Of a stretch of 64,000 bases of DNA, positions 37,800-48,092 are shown in pieces. Position numbers and translations under genes: made by a program. The stretch's first letter is position 1; every line of letters begins with the position of its first letter. Where the stretch lies: contig OZ316892.1 of NCBI GenBank assembly GCA_973895155.1, positions 26,745,233 through 26,809,232 of the forward strand. Direction: 5' to 3'. The stretch comes from Marsupella aquatica (taxonomy: Eukaryota > Plantae > Marchantiophyta). Under the pieces are notes generated by a model. It saw only the letters and a list, made by a program, of their open reading frames with translations. It had not been told where the DNA came from and did no database searches.

Positions 37800-39160
37800 A
37801 AGTACAATTATGGGAAAGCCATCGACCTCATTCTCTCTCTTGGAGACTCATCGGAGTCGACAATCGACCCGATTCTCAATCGACGAGTTTCGTACTGGAC
37901 TCGCCAGGTCGATATGCTCCCCGGACCCCTCCGTTCGCCTTCCCTTACGCTTAGCGTCGCCTGGAGAATGGAATTCGGAGCTTCATCACGCTCCCTCCTA
38001 CTATAAATTTCAGGGCAACAATCACTTATAGACCGGCCTATCGTGCGGCTTTCTTCCTGATCGAGTTTCTTCTCTGCTAATAGCTTACTTGCTTGCACTG
38101 GGTCGGGGTTTCTAGTGAGTGTAGCTTGATCGATAGGCAGGTCCTTGCACGACTTGGTCGATTCCACGAAGTCCTTTGGTTCCTTTTTGATAGAGAAGAG
38201 TACTGATCAAAGCTTCTGCCATGAATCCCAAGGAGCCGAATACGTCTCGTATTAGGTGTACGAAAGATTGCGCGCCTTTCCATCCTGTTAACCCAACTGC
38301 GAGTCCTCCATATGGTTGACGCTGCCAGATCTCCACATCCAGCAGCTAGTGACACTCCTGCAAGAGTAACGATTCCACGGGCAATTCCTGCTGGTCCACG
38401 GGCAACACTTCACGATTCCACGGCCACTTCCTGCTGCTACAAGACTAACGCTTACGCTTCCACGGCCAATTCTTGCTGCTCCGCGGGCAACACTTAAGAT
38501 TCCACGAGCAGTTTCTGGTGCTCCGCGCGCAAAATTTACTAATGCACCGCCAATTCGTGTTGCTCCACGGGCAACTCTAACGATTCCACGGCCAATTCCT
38601 TCTGCTCCAGCAAATTTTCGAGCAAATCCTTCAACACCTGTTACACACATTCTCAGCCGACTTTTCATCCGAGAACTGGACCTGATGTACAAAGTTCAGT
38701 CAATAGTTGCTCGCCAAGCCTATGCTCAATGCTGTCACCTCAAAACTCAGTTCCTGGCCCATCCTCATCTTTCACACCCACCCAGTAGACGCAATGACAA
38801 TCGATACATTTTGGCATCGCAAAGCAGATGTGAACATTCATATAGTGGCACTCTTGGCGCAACATCTGTGCTTCTGGCGGCGGCAGAGCCTGCTGACACA
38901 GGAAGTCCGTTGACGACAGCTTCATCTCCTGGCACAGGAAAAGCGTTGACGACAGAAGCTTGATCTTCTAGCACATTCGGCGAGCCATCCTCAAAATCTG
39001 GCGAGGAAACAGATGAAAAGAAATATGGGGAAGACGAGAAGTGGGTTGGCGCATTTAAGACTGACGAGGAAACTGATGAACACAAAATATTAGGGGAGAC
39101 GAAAAGTGGAATGGGCTGAGAATGGCCTTCAGAGAGCATCTTCAAATTGACCTTGTCCAT
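37800..39160 (-). pseudogene. disrupted low-complexity gene remnant containing a 21-bp (7-aa) repeat
   Basis: ATG-started 131-aa Ser/Pro-rich ORF at 39160-38765. ARGxxxI/V heptads at ~38360-38610 show synonymous variation and one frameshift near 38410. Strand and product are uncertain. Confidence 0.3.
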
Positions 39161-40442
39161 AATTCGTACGTAATCATGTCATTATTATTGAGACTCTAAA
39201 CAATGCGAAGAACTCTCCTGCTCGGGCTAATAAAAAACTTACATATAATTGCTACTCATGCTAGTTCCAAGCCTAAGATCTTATTACTCGTATATCAAAT
39301 GAGTTAGATGGATGCTGCATCGAAGAAATATCCAATTTCATTTCACATCAAAACATGCAAGTTTTTATTAGAGTGGCGTAGTGACGAGCGCAAATCGATC
39401 TCCATACAGATATGAAATTCTGAAGTCTTTGTCATCACAGAATTGGGATAGGTAGAACAATCCAACCCGCAATTTCTAATGACAACGAGACCATTTATTT
39501 TAGCTTAGCTTTCTACACTGATGCGCAGAAAAAGGAAATTAAGCGGGAAGGTTTTAATGCTGCCGATCAGCTTTAATCTATTGTTTCCCTTCTCTGGCTT
39601 CATGATCAGCCCTGCACTTTTCTCATTCACGAGAAAAAGGCATGTGACTCCCTTATACCTGTCCTAAACCTTCAAAACAGGTCGTGAAAAGCTGCACTCT
39701 ACCATGGAGCTGATAATCAAAGCCAGTGATATGCTGCGTTGTTCCAAAGTAGCCAATGACAAGAATTCAGGGCCAAACACAGCCCGGACTAGTCATCCGC
39801 TGTTGAGATTGTGGCAAATGAAAAAGTAAAAGTGGATGTGCGAGATGTCACTCCGCACTACGAAAACAAAGTAATTAAACGGCTACCCTAATAGTGTCGA
39901 TGGATAGACCTTCGACAGGGTGTTTAGATAATGCTCCTTGAGCATACGTTAAACCAACTGGATGTCAAGAGTGCAAATAACGGTAGAGGAAAGCCTTCAT
40001 GTCCACGAATCTGGATCAAGAAAGAATTTCATCTGTCTGTCACCGTCATTGCCACTATAATCTGCCCAGCTTGTTTCAAAAGGGTCCACTTGCGTATCAT
40101 GCAGGTTGGGATATCAGCATGACGTGCAAGATTGCAACGACAGTTTCTAACAGCCTGTTGCATCAGAAAACGCCCTTGATTGCAGTCAAATGTGGCACCA
40201 AACTCTTCAGATCCTCCTCCTTGCGCGTGTGAAAGCAATATTTCAAGTCAAAATACCTCCACAAAACCAGAAAAGAGTTGTAGTAACAAATGTGCCTACA
40301 ACACCGTCTAAAATTCCCAAACTACCATGGCTCTGCTCTGTTCGCCGTCCCCCTAGTTCACCTTGGAGGGAAGAATTACTGCAGAATGATCCCTGCGATT
40401 TCGGGGCCAGTAGCTTGCGAGAGCCAAAACGCCTCAACTCAA

Positions 40443-40868
40443 CTAGGACTCTAATTCTCCTACGTTAGAGGCCGGGGCTATTTTGACTGACGATGTTGAC
40501 GATGCTGGGCCGTCGTCATGGTGCCGTTTAGAGTCCACCACTTTTCCTGCCCACCGGTTCTGGAAATATCCTATCGTTGTCAATACGAGGAAGAGGAACG
40601 CAATCGCTGCTGCAACTGAACCGATGACAATAGAGACCACCGGGAGCTTCCGGTTGCCGCCAGTTGCATGTGTTGTGTTCGTGGTTGTGTTTGCATGTTG
40701 AAGAAGAAATCTGCCGATCCGGCCAGCGAACATTCTGTCGGCCTGAACGTCGACCTGACAAGCTCTTCGTGGATGTCCTGCCGAAACGAAGGGAGCAGTC
40801 CGACCAGCGAACAAGATCCAAGCTAACAATAACAGACTTGCCACAAAAGGCCTCCTGTTCTGGTCCAT
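40443..40868 (-). CDS. small putative type I membrane protein (signal peptide, short ectodomain, one TM, short tail), unknown function
   Basis: MDQNRRPFVASLLLLAWILFAG..VSA signal-like N-terminus, N-x-T sequons in ANTTTNTT, TM VVSIVIGSVAAAIAFLFLVLTTIGYF. A splice-acceptor-like TTGTGTCCTTCAG lies ~45 nt upstream of the ATG. Confidence 0.6.
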   Translation of the reverse strand: MDQNRRPFVASLLLLAWILFAGRTAPFVSAGHPRRACQVDVQADRMFAGRIGRFLLQHANTTTNTTHATGGNRKLPVVSIVIGSVAAAIAFLFLVLTTIGYFQNRWAGKVVDSKRHHDDGPASSTSSVKIAPASNVGELES

Positions 40869-41189
40869 CTCCTTCAGATAATCAATTTGTTGAAAGTCCT
40901 GCACAGTCAATGTCTGAAGGACACAACTCAGTCAAACTCTGAATATCACACGTACTCTCACGAATAGTGGACGCTAATCTTGCGGCACATGTTTCGGAAT
41001 AATCCGAAGCACATCATCACACAGTACTGCACGTTTTCCCTATCCAGTTCAACAATTTCGACCAACTGAAAATGATGATGCACTTGTAGCACCAAAGAAA
41101 CTGAACTCCCTTCTGTTTCTCGCTCCCTCACAAATGTTTAAGTGTCTTTCAGCTCCATGAAAACGCACACGGAGACACTCAGTCAGCCC

Positions 41190-42525
41190 AAAATGCAACC
41201 TCTCCCCTTCCATTTCTTTGCTTTCTCTTTGTCCACATAAGAGTGAGTTGCTCGGCGGTGGAAGAGTGAGTGGAGTGGCAATGCGCTGCAGACTTACCTA
41301 CGACCCGAGTTGAATTAACACATTAGCGTAGACTCTCGGCGAAACATGATGACAACGAATTCACCGTTCAGAAAGATCCCTCAGAGCTCGTCAGAAGCTC
41401 TGTTGCCAGACGGCCTCCGATCTCGAGCATTTACGATCAGTTACAAAATGATAGGGAATTGCCGAGGCGTAATCGAGCAGATCACTTCACAACTGGCTCT
41501 CCCTTTGGTTTCCTTTCCTTTCCCTTCGTCCAGAAGAGTGAGTGGAGTGGCAATGCGCTGCAGACTTACCTACGACCCGAGTTGCATTAACACATTAGCG
41601 AAGACTTTCCGACAAACATGATGACAAAGAATTCACAGTTGAGAAAGATCCCTCAGGAAGCGTTCAGAAACTCCGGGTAAAATACGGTCTCTCATCTCGA
41701 GAATTTACGATCAATTACAGAATGACAGGAATTGCCTAGCGGAATCGCGCATATCTCTTCACAACTCGCTCTCCCTTTGGTTTTTCTTTCCCTTTCCCTC
41801 CGTCCACAGAAGAGTGAGTGCAGTGGCAATGCGCTGCAGACTTACCTACGACCCGAGTTGCATTAACACATTCGCGAAGACTCTTCGAGAAACATCATGA
41901 CAACGTACGAATTCACTATTGGGAAAGATCCCTCAGAAAGCGTTCAGACATTCTCGTACCAGACGGTCTCCGATCTCGACCATTTACGATCAATTGACAA
42001 CTCGCTCTCCCCTCCCATTTCTTTCCGTTCCGTCCGTCCACAGCAGAGTGAATGAAGTGGCAATGCAGACTTACCTAAGACCCGAGTAGCATTAACACAT
42101 TCGTGAAGATGCTCCGAAAACCATGATGACAACGAATTCACCGTTCAGAGAGATCGCTGAGAAGCTCGTCAAAAGCTCTGTTTCCAGACGGTCTCCGATC
42201 TCGAGCATTTACGATCAAATTACAGAAAGATAGCAATCGCCGAGTCGTAATCGGGCATATTTATTGACACCTCTTTCCGTCAGTCCACAGCTCAGTGAGT
42301 GCAGTGGTGGTGGCAATGCGCCTTCGACTTTACCTACGACCCGAGTTGCGTTAACACATTCGCGAACACTCTCCGATCTCCGAGAAACATGATGACAATC
42401 GAATTCACTGTTGAGAAAAGATCCCTCAAAAAAGCGATCAGAAAGACAGAAACTCTAGTACCAGGCGTCTCTCATCTCCAGCACTTACGATCATTGCAAA
42501 ACGATTGGAATCGCCGAGTCGTTTA
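41190..42525. repeat. ~230-276 bp tandem repeat, 5 copies
   Basis: AGTGGCAATGCGCTGCAGACTTACCTACGACCCGAGTTG.ATTAACACATT...CATGATGACAA.GAATTCAC, with cores at 41292, 41564, 41840, 42069 and ~42327. Confidence 0.93.
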
Positions 42526-42695
42526 ACTGTTTAAGAGTATCTCGAGTCCCGCATTTCGGCCCTGTCAGCTGACATAAGCCAACAATTGGCCGCCCCCACA
42601 GTGACCTCGCTCTACGTGCACATTTCATAATTGTGCACATTTCATAATTGCAAACCCTGGGTAATTGCAGTGTTTCCCATTCTTTCGTTTTTCCC

Positions 42696-42903
42696 ATCAC
42701 TTCTTGTATAGGATAATGTAAGTCTGGTTTGGGGTTATTCTATCACTTCTTGTATAGGATACTTGTATAGGATAATGTAGGTCTGGTTTGGGGTTATTCT
42801 ATCACTTCTTGTATAGGATAATGCAGGTTTGGTTTGGGGTTACTAGGGGTTATTCTATCACTTCTTGTATAGGATAATGCAGGTTTGGTTTGGGGTTACT
42901 AGG
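42696..42903. repeat. ~45-55 bp tandem repeat, 4 copies
   Basis: ATCACTTCTTGTATAGGATAATG.A.GT.TGGTTTGGGGTTA repeated. Confidence 0.9.
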
Positions 42904-43077
42904 CTGTAACATTGCGACCAGAAAATGAAGAAAATCTGATGGACAGCAGTTGTGAAGGTTCTTTGAGCTTTCTGGGAGCAGGGTTCAGGCTAGAACCCTT
43001 GCCTTGCCCAGACATGCATTGTAGTAGGTAGTTTCTTTCTGGGAAAAGGTTACTTTTGGACAACGAGTAAAAGTTAC

Positions 43078-43154
43078 CATTCTTGGTCAGTTGTTACCTC
43101 AGATGCCAATGTGGTGATAGTTGCTGCATCTGAGGTAACGACTGACCAAGAATG
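43078..43154. other. 77-nt near-perfect inverted repeat (hairpin)
   Basis: CATTCTTGGTCAGTTGTTACCTCAGATGC pairs with GCATCTGAGGTAACGACTGACCAAGAATG: 29-bp stem with one G:U and a 19-nt loop. Confidence 0.9.
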
Positions 43155-46100
43155 ACAAAAAAAAGATATATGCTATGAGATTGAGGTCTATTGAGGTGAG
43201 GCAGTAACTCATGCCTTATGAGTAGGGTCAATGCTACCTCTCCCCATTTTTTAAATTCCTTAAGTACTCAGTCCCAGAAGTAGAGTTAAAGGGATGGACC
43301 ATAACTCTGTCACTTTTGGGAACAGGATAGCTTTGAGACTCTCTACTAAGGGTCCAGCATATCAAATTTGATGGACCTTAAGTACTTAAAGTTAGCCATA
43401 GAGATTAGTCATATGTTGTGCCCATAACCATTAAAAAAACCTATGGTCATTTGTTTATGACCAAAACTTAACATCCATAAATATGAACTTTTGAGAGTCC
43501 CTAGTAAAGTATTGTTTACAATGCATGGACCATAACCCTCTCCCTCCCAAAAAAAAGACTGCTTTAAAGCTGGAGTTCCAAGGGGCTATTATGCAAATAA
43601 TGTTGAGGGAACTGGATTAATATACTGAATGGCTTTAGAGATTCTTTCTTGCTATTAGATTTGATAAAACTAGAGCACACTTTGCCCCATCCAAATCTTG
43701 ACTGGAGCGGTTTCTCCATGTAGAATTTAGGAAGGAAGTCAGGAGTGTCTATAGGGAAAAGAAACAGTCCTTCCACCTACACTTACTGATAAGTGCAAGA
43801 CATCATTAGGTAGACAATGTGATCCTTTGTAATGTGTCTTCCATTACTAGCCAGTTTCCCTCACCGAGCCACAGGTCCAACTAAGCAGAATCTAACGGGC
43901 ACTCTTCAATCTAGGGGATCTGACGATCAGAAATTAAACTAGGAAATTAAAAAAAAGTTATCCTAGCATTTTCTCCTGACATATTCGCTACACTGGCGAG
44001 ATAGAAAACCTTCAATTAAAAATTAAAAATTACGCTGGCGCCAGGGTCAGCACCTTCACTTAGCGGACTTGTGCGGCGTCATATGGTCCTCTTCCATGAG
44101 AGCACTTGACGCGAGAATTAGGTGGACTGTAACAATTTATTGATGGCAGTCGATGAGGCCCATAATGAACTCCTTTCACTGGTGAAGTACGGTAAAGGAC
44201 TCCAGTCCAGTCTTGAATTCCTCTTGCAAGTAATTATGATAACTCTGCAAAATTGCAAGTCAGTGTCAGCAGTCTGAAATCTGTTGTTCGAGGAGAAAAT
44301 AAATATGCCACTGGCCATGCGCTGTTCCATGTGCGAAACGGAACAAAGACTCCAAAAATAAAAACCATTGAAAATGTCAGTCTCTCGTATTTATTGTCTC
44401 TCGTGATTTTTCTCTCATACTTTTGTGCTTGTATGGGAAAAATGCACTGGACAAGAGTTGTGAAACTTTTGTTCTACTTTATCAGCAATAATTTAGAGAA
44501 CTAACGCCCTACATTATGGACCCTACTGTAGTAGTCCAATTCACTCAAGCCTTCGGCTCTAGAGGTTTTCTTTGTGACTTTGGGTGTTGCTATGGATTCT
44601 ATGCAGAAGATTGGACACTCAAGGGTAATTTGGAAGGGGGGCTTTGTGAAACTTCTCCTCTACTTTTACAAAAAATAAGTAAAATAGAAAATTATAGGTC
44701 TACAATAATAGCCTCTCAAACCTCCAACTATAAAGCCCTTGTTTTCAGGGTGTTGTGGCCCAAAATACCTTGCTGCTAGGGAGTAACTTTATGCTTAATG
44801 CACTTTGTGATTTTATCTTTGTATTTTCCAGGGCGTTCTTGAAAAAAGCAATGCACACACAAGATTTAGATCAACTAATATAGACATTCTCTTTTACTTG
44901 TACTAAAATTACTGAAAACAAATTCTCTTGAGCCTTTTAGTGTGTAAACTTCTGTTACCAAAATATTACGAGCAATAATAGCCCCTCAAAGTTTGAGTGT
45001 AAGCTCTGGCTTTGGGGGCAGTGTCACACAATATCCTATAATATAAACAGGACTTACTACACACTTGATTCCTTTCAAGATTCTTGTCTTTGTATTTTTC
45101 TGTACTTTATCAAGAGAATGCCCATAAGAGGCTTTGCATGGGCATTTTTAGATTTGTCCTCTATGGTAGAGAAAGTGAATGGGACCACAAGAACAAGTAC
45201 ACAACAAGTACTACAGGATGAGGAGGCTCGACTTGACAAAACGACCCCATCTAGTAGGGCATCTCAAGATATTTATACCATCCTGGTTTCCCACTCCCAA
45301 ACAAACCAACCCCACCAACCGTCCTAAGACAATTATACACTCCTGGTTCCCCTTCTCCCAAGCAAACTAACTCTAACAACCAATGACATCCATTTTGACA
45401 GGGCACTTCTATGAGCAAATATTGGTGATGTTATAGATTGCTCAAGCTGAAGAAATCTAAAGTAGATCTCTATGTGTAAGTATTATCAGTGCACCACAAC
45501 AAAGGCTTGCCCCGTAAGAGGTAATACACCTCCCACTTGCGAACTTGGTTACGACACTATAGGTGGACCATGAGTTCATCACACTTGCACTAGATGTGTA
45601 CCACTAGCTGGTCACTTGCACTAGCGGTGGGGGTGAGCCGGGTTGCGGGGGGCTGGGTGCTGACGCGCTGCGGAGCCAGGGTACGGCGTGCGCAGGGGCC
45701 CTTTTATGGGGGGCCTCATTATGAGGGACCCCCTGCCCCTCGGAGAGGGGCTCCTTCCGCCGGGGTGACCCTCGGATCCCCCCCCCCTTTTCCCTCCTCT
45801 TCGGGATTTTTGTGTGGGTTGTTGGCCCCGGGCTTTTCATCCTTGGTTCTCCTCTTTCGGTGCTCCTCGTTCTGCTGGCTTTGGCCCTTTGGGGGCTGTT
45901 TTTCCGGGCCCCTCGGCTCTGTTTGGCGGGGAGGTTTTGGTGCTCGGGAGCCTTCTTGGCTGCTGGTTGGATTTCTGCTCCAGCCTGGTGACCGGCCCTG
46001 GCCTGGCCTGGGGTCCGGCGCTTTTTCTCCTGGCTCTGAGCCGGGGTTGGTTCGTGACCTGGGGGAGCACGTTGTGGCGTGGCTTCTTGGTGTTCTGTTC

Positions 46101-46241
46101 GGAGGGGGTGCCTCCGCGACAGCTTCCTTTGCGCGAGGCTGCGGCGGTCCTTTTAGACGTGCGGTTGTTGTCACTACCGGGTCGAGGTTCTTTGCTTCGG
46201 TCATCCATCCTTTGCTTTTGTTTTTGTTGTCGCTTTCGTAA

Positions 46242-48092
46242 TATTTTCTGTTTGTTTTTGTTGGACTTGCCTACTTTATATGTTTCTTCTTCATCCCTGT
46301 TTTATATTTTCATTTTCACAAGGAGCCTCTTCCCTTTCTGAGTTCCCCTTACCCCACTCCGGGCCCACCGGCTTCTCCCTACTCCACTCCTCTTTCCGCT
46401 CGTCGCCCTCGTCCCTCCTCACCTCCCACTTCCCCTTCTGATCCCCGTGTCCAGTGCGATGCTTGTCATAGTTGGTACCGGCCGTCAGGTTTGACGCGCC
46501 ACCGTCGTTCCTGTCCTGCCCTTCGTGCTTCCTCCTCCACCTTGCCTCCACCCCCCGTCCTCCCCCCACCTCCATCTGGGCCCCCTCCCTCCTCTTGGGA
46601 TTGGTTGGCTCACCTTGATGTCCTTGCCGCCCTCTATCCCGGTTTTTGGCATCCCCGTTTGTTTACTAGGATTCCCGTGCCCGTGCGGCCTCTCCTTCAG
46701 AGAGCCTTTCGTCTTCCCTTCGACCGCTTGGCTCGCGACCCCTCAGATGTTGGGGCTTGGTCCTTGCTCCTCCTGCTCCCTCATTGGGTGCTGGTCCTTC
46801 CTCCGCGGGGGGGGCCGTCCGGGCATAGGGAGACCTTGGTCCGGTTGCAGCGGTTCCTTTCTGGGGATTGGGCTTTGCTTCATGAGGAGTATTACCATAG
46901 GTTGTTAGCGTTGGCCTCTCGGACCTCTGAGCCAGTCGAGGAGCCATCTGTCCCTCCAGGGCAGCGCCGGCTTCGCCAGTGCCTTCTATTGGGGCAGGCG
47001 GGGGAGTTTTCTCGGGCCGCTCGCTCCTTGGTCCCCCTCTCCCCCTCTCCTCCATCAGCCGAGACAGTTCTTGCCTTACGGTCTCTTCATCCCCCGGCTG
47101 CATCCGAGGTTCCTTGTTTTCTCGGGAGCTTTACCCCTGAGACCGAGTTCTCCCTATCCCGTGAGGTATTCTCCTCTGTCTTCCTTCATCTACCCCGCCT
47201 ATCCGCGGGCGGGATTTCTGGGATGAGGTTCGAGCACCTACGCGATTGCTTTTGTCCCGACGACTCGGCATCTGGTTTTTCTGAGTTGTTCCAGGTTTGT
47301 GCCCATGTCGCGGGGGGCCGTATTCCTCCCGTGGTCGCTCGGCTTTTGGGGGCTTGTCGGCTTCTGGCTATGGCCAAAGAGACTGGGGGTGTCAGGCCCT
47401 TGGCCATTGGGGAGGTCTTGTTTCGCTTGGTGAGCCGTTGTGTTTCTCTGCAAACTCGGGCTCCCTTTTCGTCACACTTTTTTCCTCACCAGTTTGGTGT
47501 GGCCACCCCTGGCGGTTGCGAGAGTGTGGTGCATGGCCTTCGTGCCATCTTGGATATCCACCCCGACTGGGCGGTTATTCAGGTGGATGTGGCTAATGCA
47601 TTCAACTCTGTATCCCGTCGGGTCATGTTCGAGGAGTTGCGGGCCGCTGGAGGGGAGATCGCATCCCTCATCCCCTTTGCCCGGGCCTTCTATGGGGCCC
47701 CGACCCCCCTGGTTTACCCTGACCATCTTGTTCCTGGGTCCTATGTGACCATCTCATCTGAGTCCGGGACTAGGCAGGGTGACCCCCTTGGTGGGGCGTT
47801 GTTTGCTATGGCGCACCTTCGTGCTATTCGTGCCTCTTCGGATGCCTTCCCGGGTTGCATGTTTCCTTCTGTTGCGGATGACACTCACATTGTTGCCCCG
47901 GTCTCGCTTGTTGGGGACGCCTATTCCCACTTTGTGGACCAGCTTACCCTTATTGGTCTTTCAGTCCAGCCTTGGAAGTGTGGGGTTTGGTCTCGTTTCC
48001 CCCTCCCCCACTCTTTCACCCCACCTCTTGGTATACCCATTCGGCTCGAGGGCATTAGAGTCCTTGGGGTGCCTTTCGGGGGAGGTCTTTGA
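46242..48092 (+). CDS. retrotransposon ORF, N-terminal part: zinc finger and reverse transcriptase (frameshifted at ~48080)
   Basis: CDAC-x11-H-x3-C at 46455-46514. Motifs SAGGISGMRFEHL, KETGGVRPLAIGE, QFGV, DVANAFNS, GTRQGDPLG, SVADDTHI, VLGVPFG. Start codon unresolved. Confidence 0.85.
   Translation, partial: YFLFVFVGLAYFICFFFIPVLYFHFHKEPLPFLSSPYPTPGPPASPYSTPLSARRPRPSSPPTSPSDPRVQCDACHSWYRPSGLTRHRRSCPALRASSSTLPPPPVLPPPPSGPPPSSWDWLAHLDVLAALYPGFWHPRLFTRIPVPVRPLLQRAFRLPFDRLARDPSDVGAWSLLLLLPHWVLVLPPRGGPSGHRETLVRLQRFLSGDWALLHEEYYHRLLALASRTSEPVEEPSVPPGQRRLRQCLLLGQAGEFSRAARSLVPLSPSPPSAETVLALRSLHPPAASEVPCFLGSFTPETEFSLSREVFSSVFLHLPRLSAGGISGMRFEHLRDCFCPDDSASGFSELFQVCAHVAGGRIPPVVARLLGACRLLAMAKETGGVRPLAIGEVLFRLVSRCVSLQTRAPFSSHFFPHQFGVATPGGCESVVHGLRAILDIHPDWAVIQVDVANAFNSVSRRVMFEELRAAGGEIASLIPFARAFYGAPTPLVYPDHLVPGSYVTISSESGTRQGDPLGGALFAMAHLRAIRASSDAFPGCMFPSVADDTHIVAPVSLVGDAYSHFVDQLTLIGLSVQPWKCGVWSRFPLPHSFTPPLGIPIRLEGIRVLGVPFGGGL

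Noticed and set aside
41340-42420. C/D-box snoRNA cluster or U1 snRNA copies in the 5-copy repeat
   Set aside because: ATGATGA is present but there is no consistent downstream CTGA or terminal stem. ACTTACCT is not followed by U1 sequence and is better read as an antisense splice donor.
46238-46322. Intron within the retrotransposon leader (GT...T-rich...AAG)
   Set aside because: Removing these 85 nt does not keep the upstream ORF in frame with RT, and the donor is weak.
45594-46341. Several 120-215 aa overlapping ORFs on both strands as a separate ORF1
   Set aside because: The A-poor + strand makes stops rare on both strands, and no domain is recognisable. Only the in-frame relation to the RT ORF is noted.
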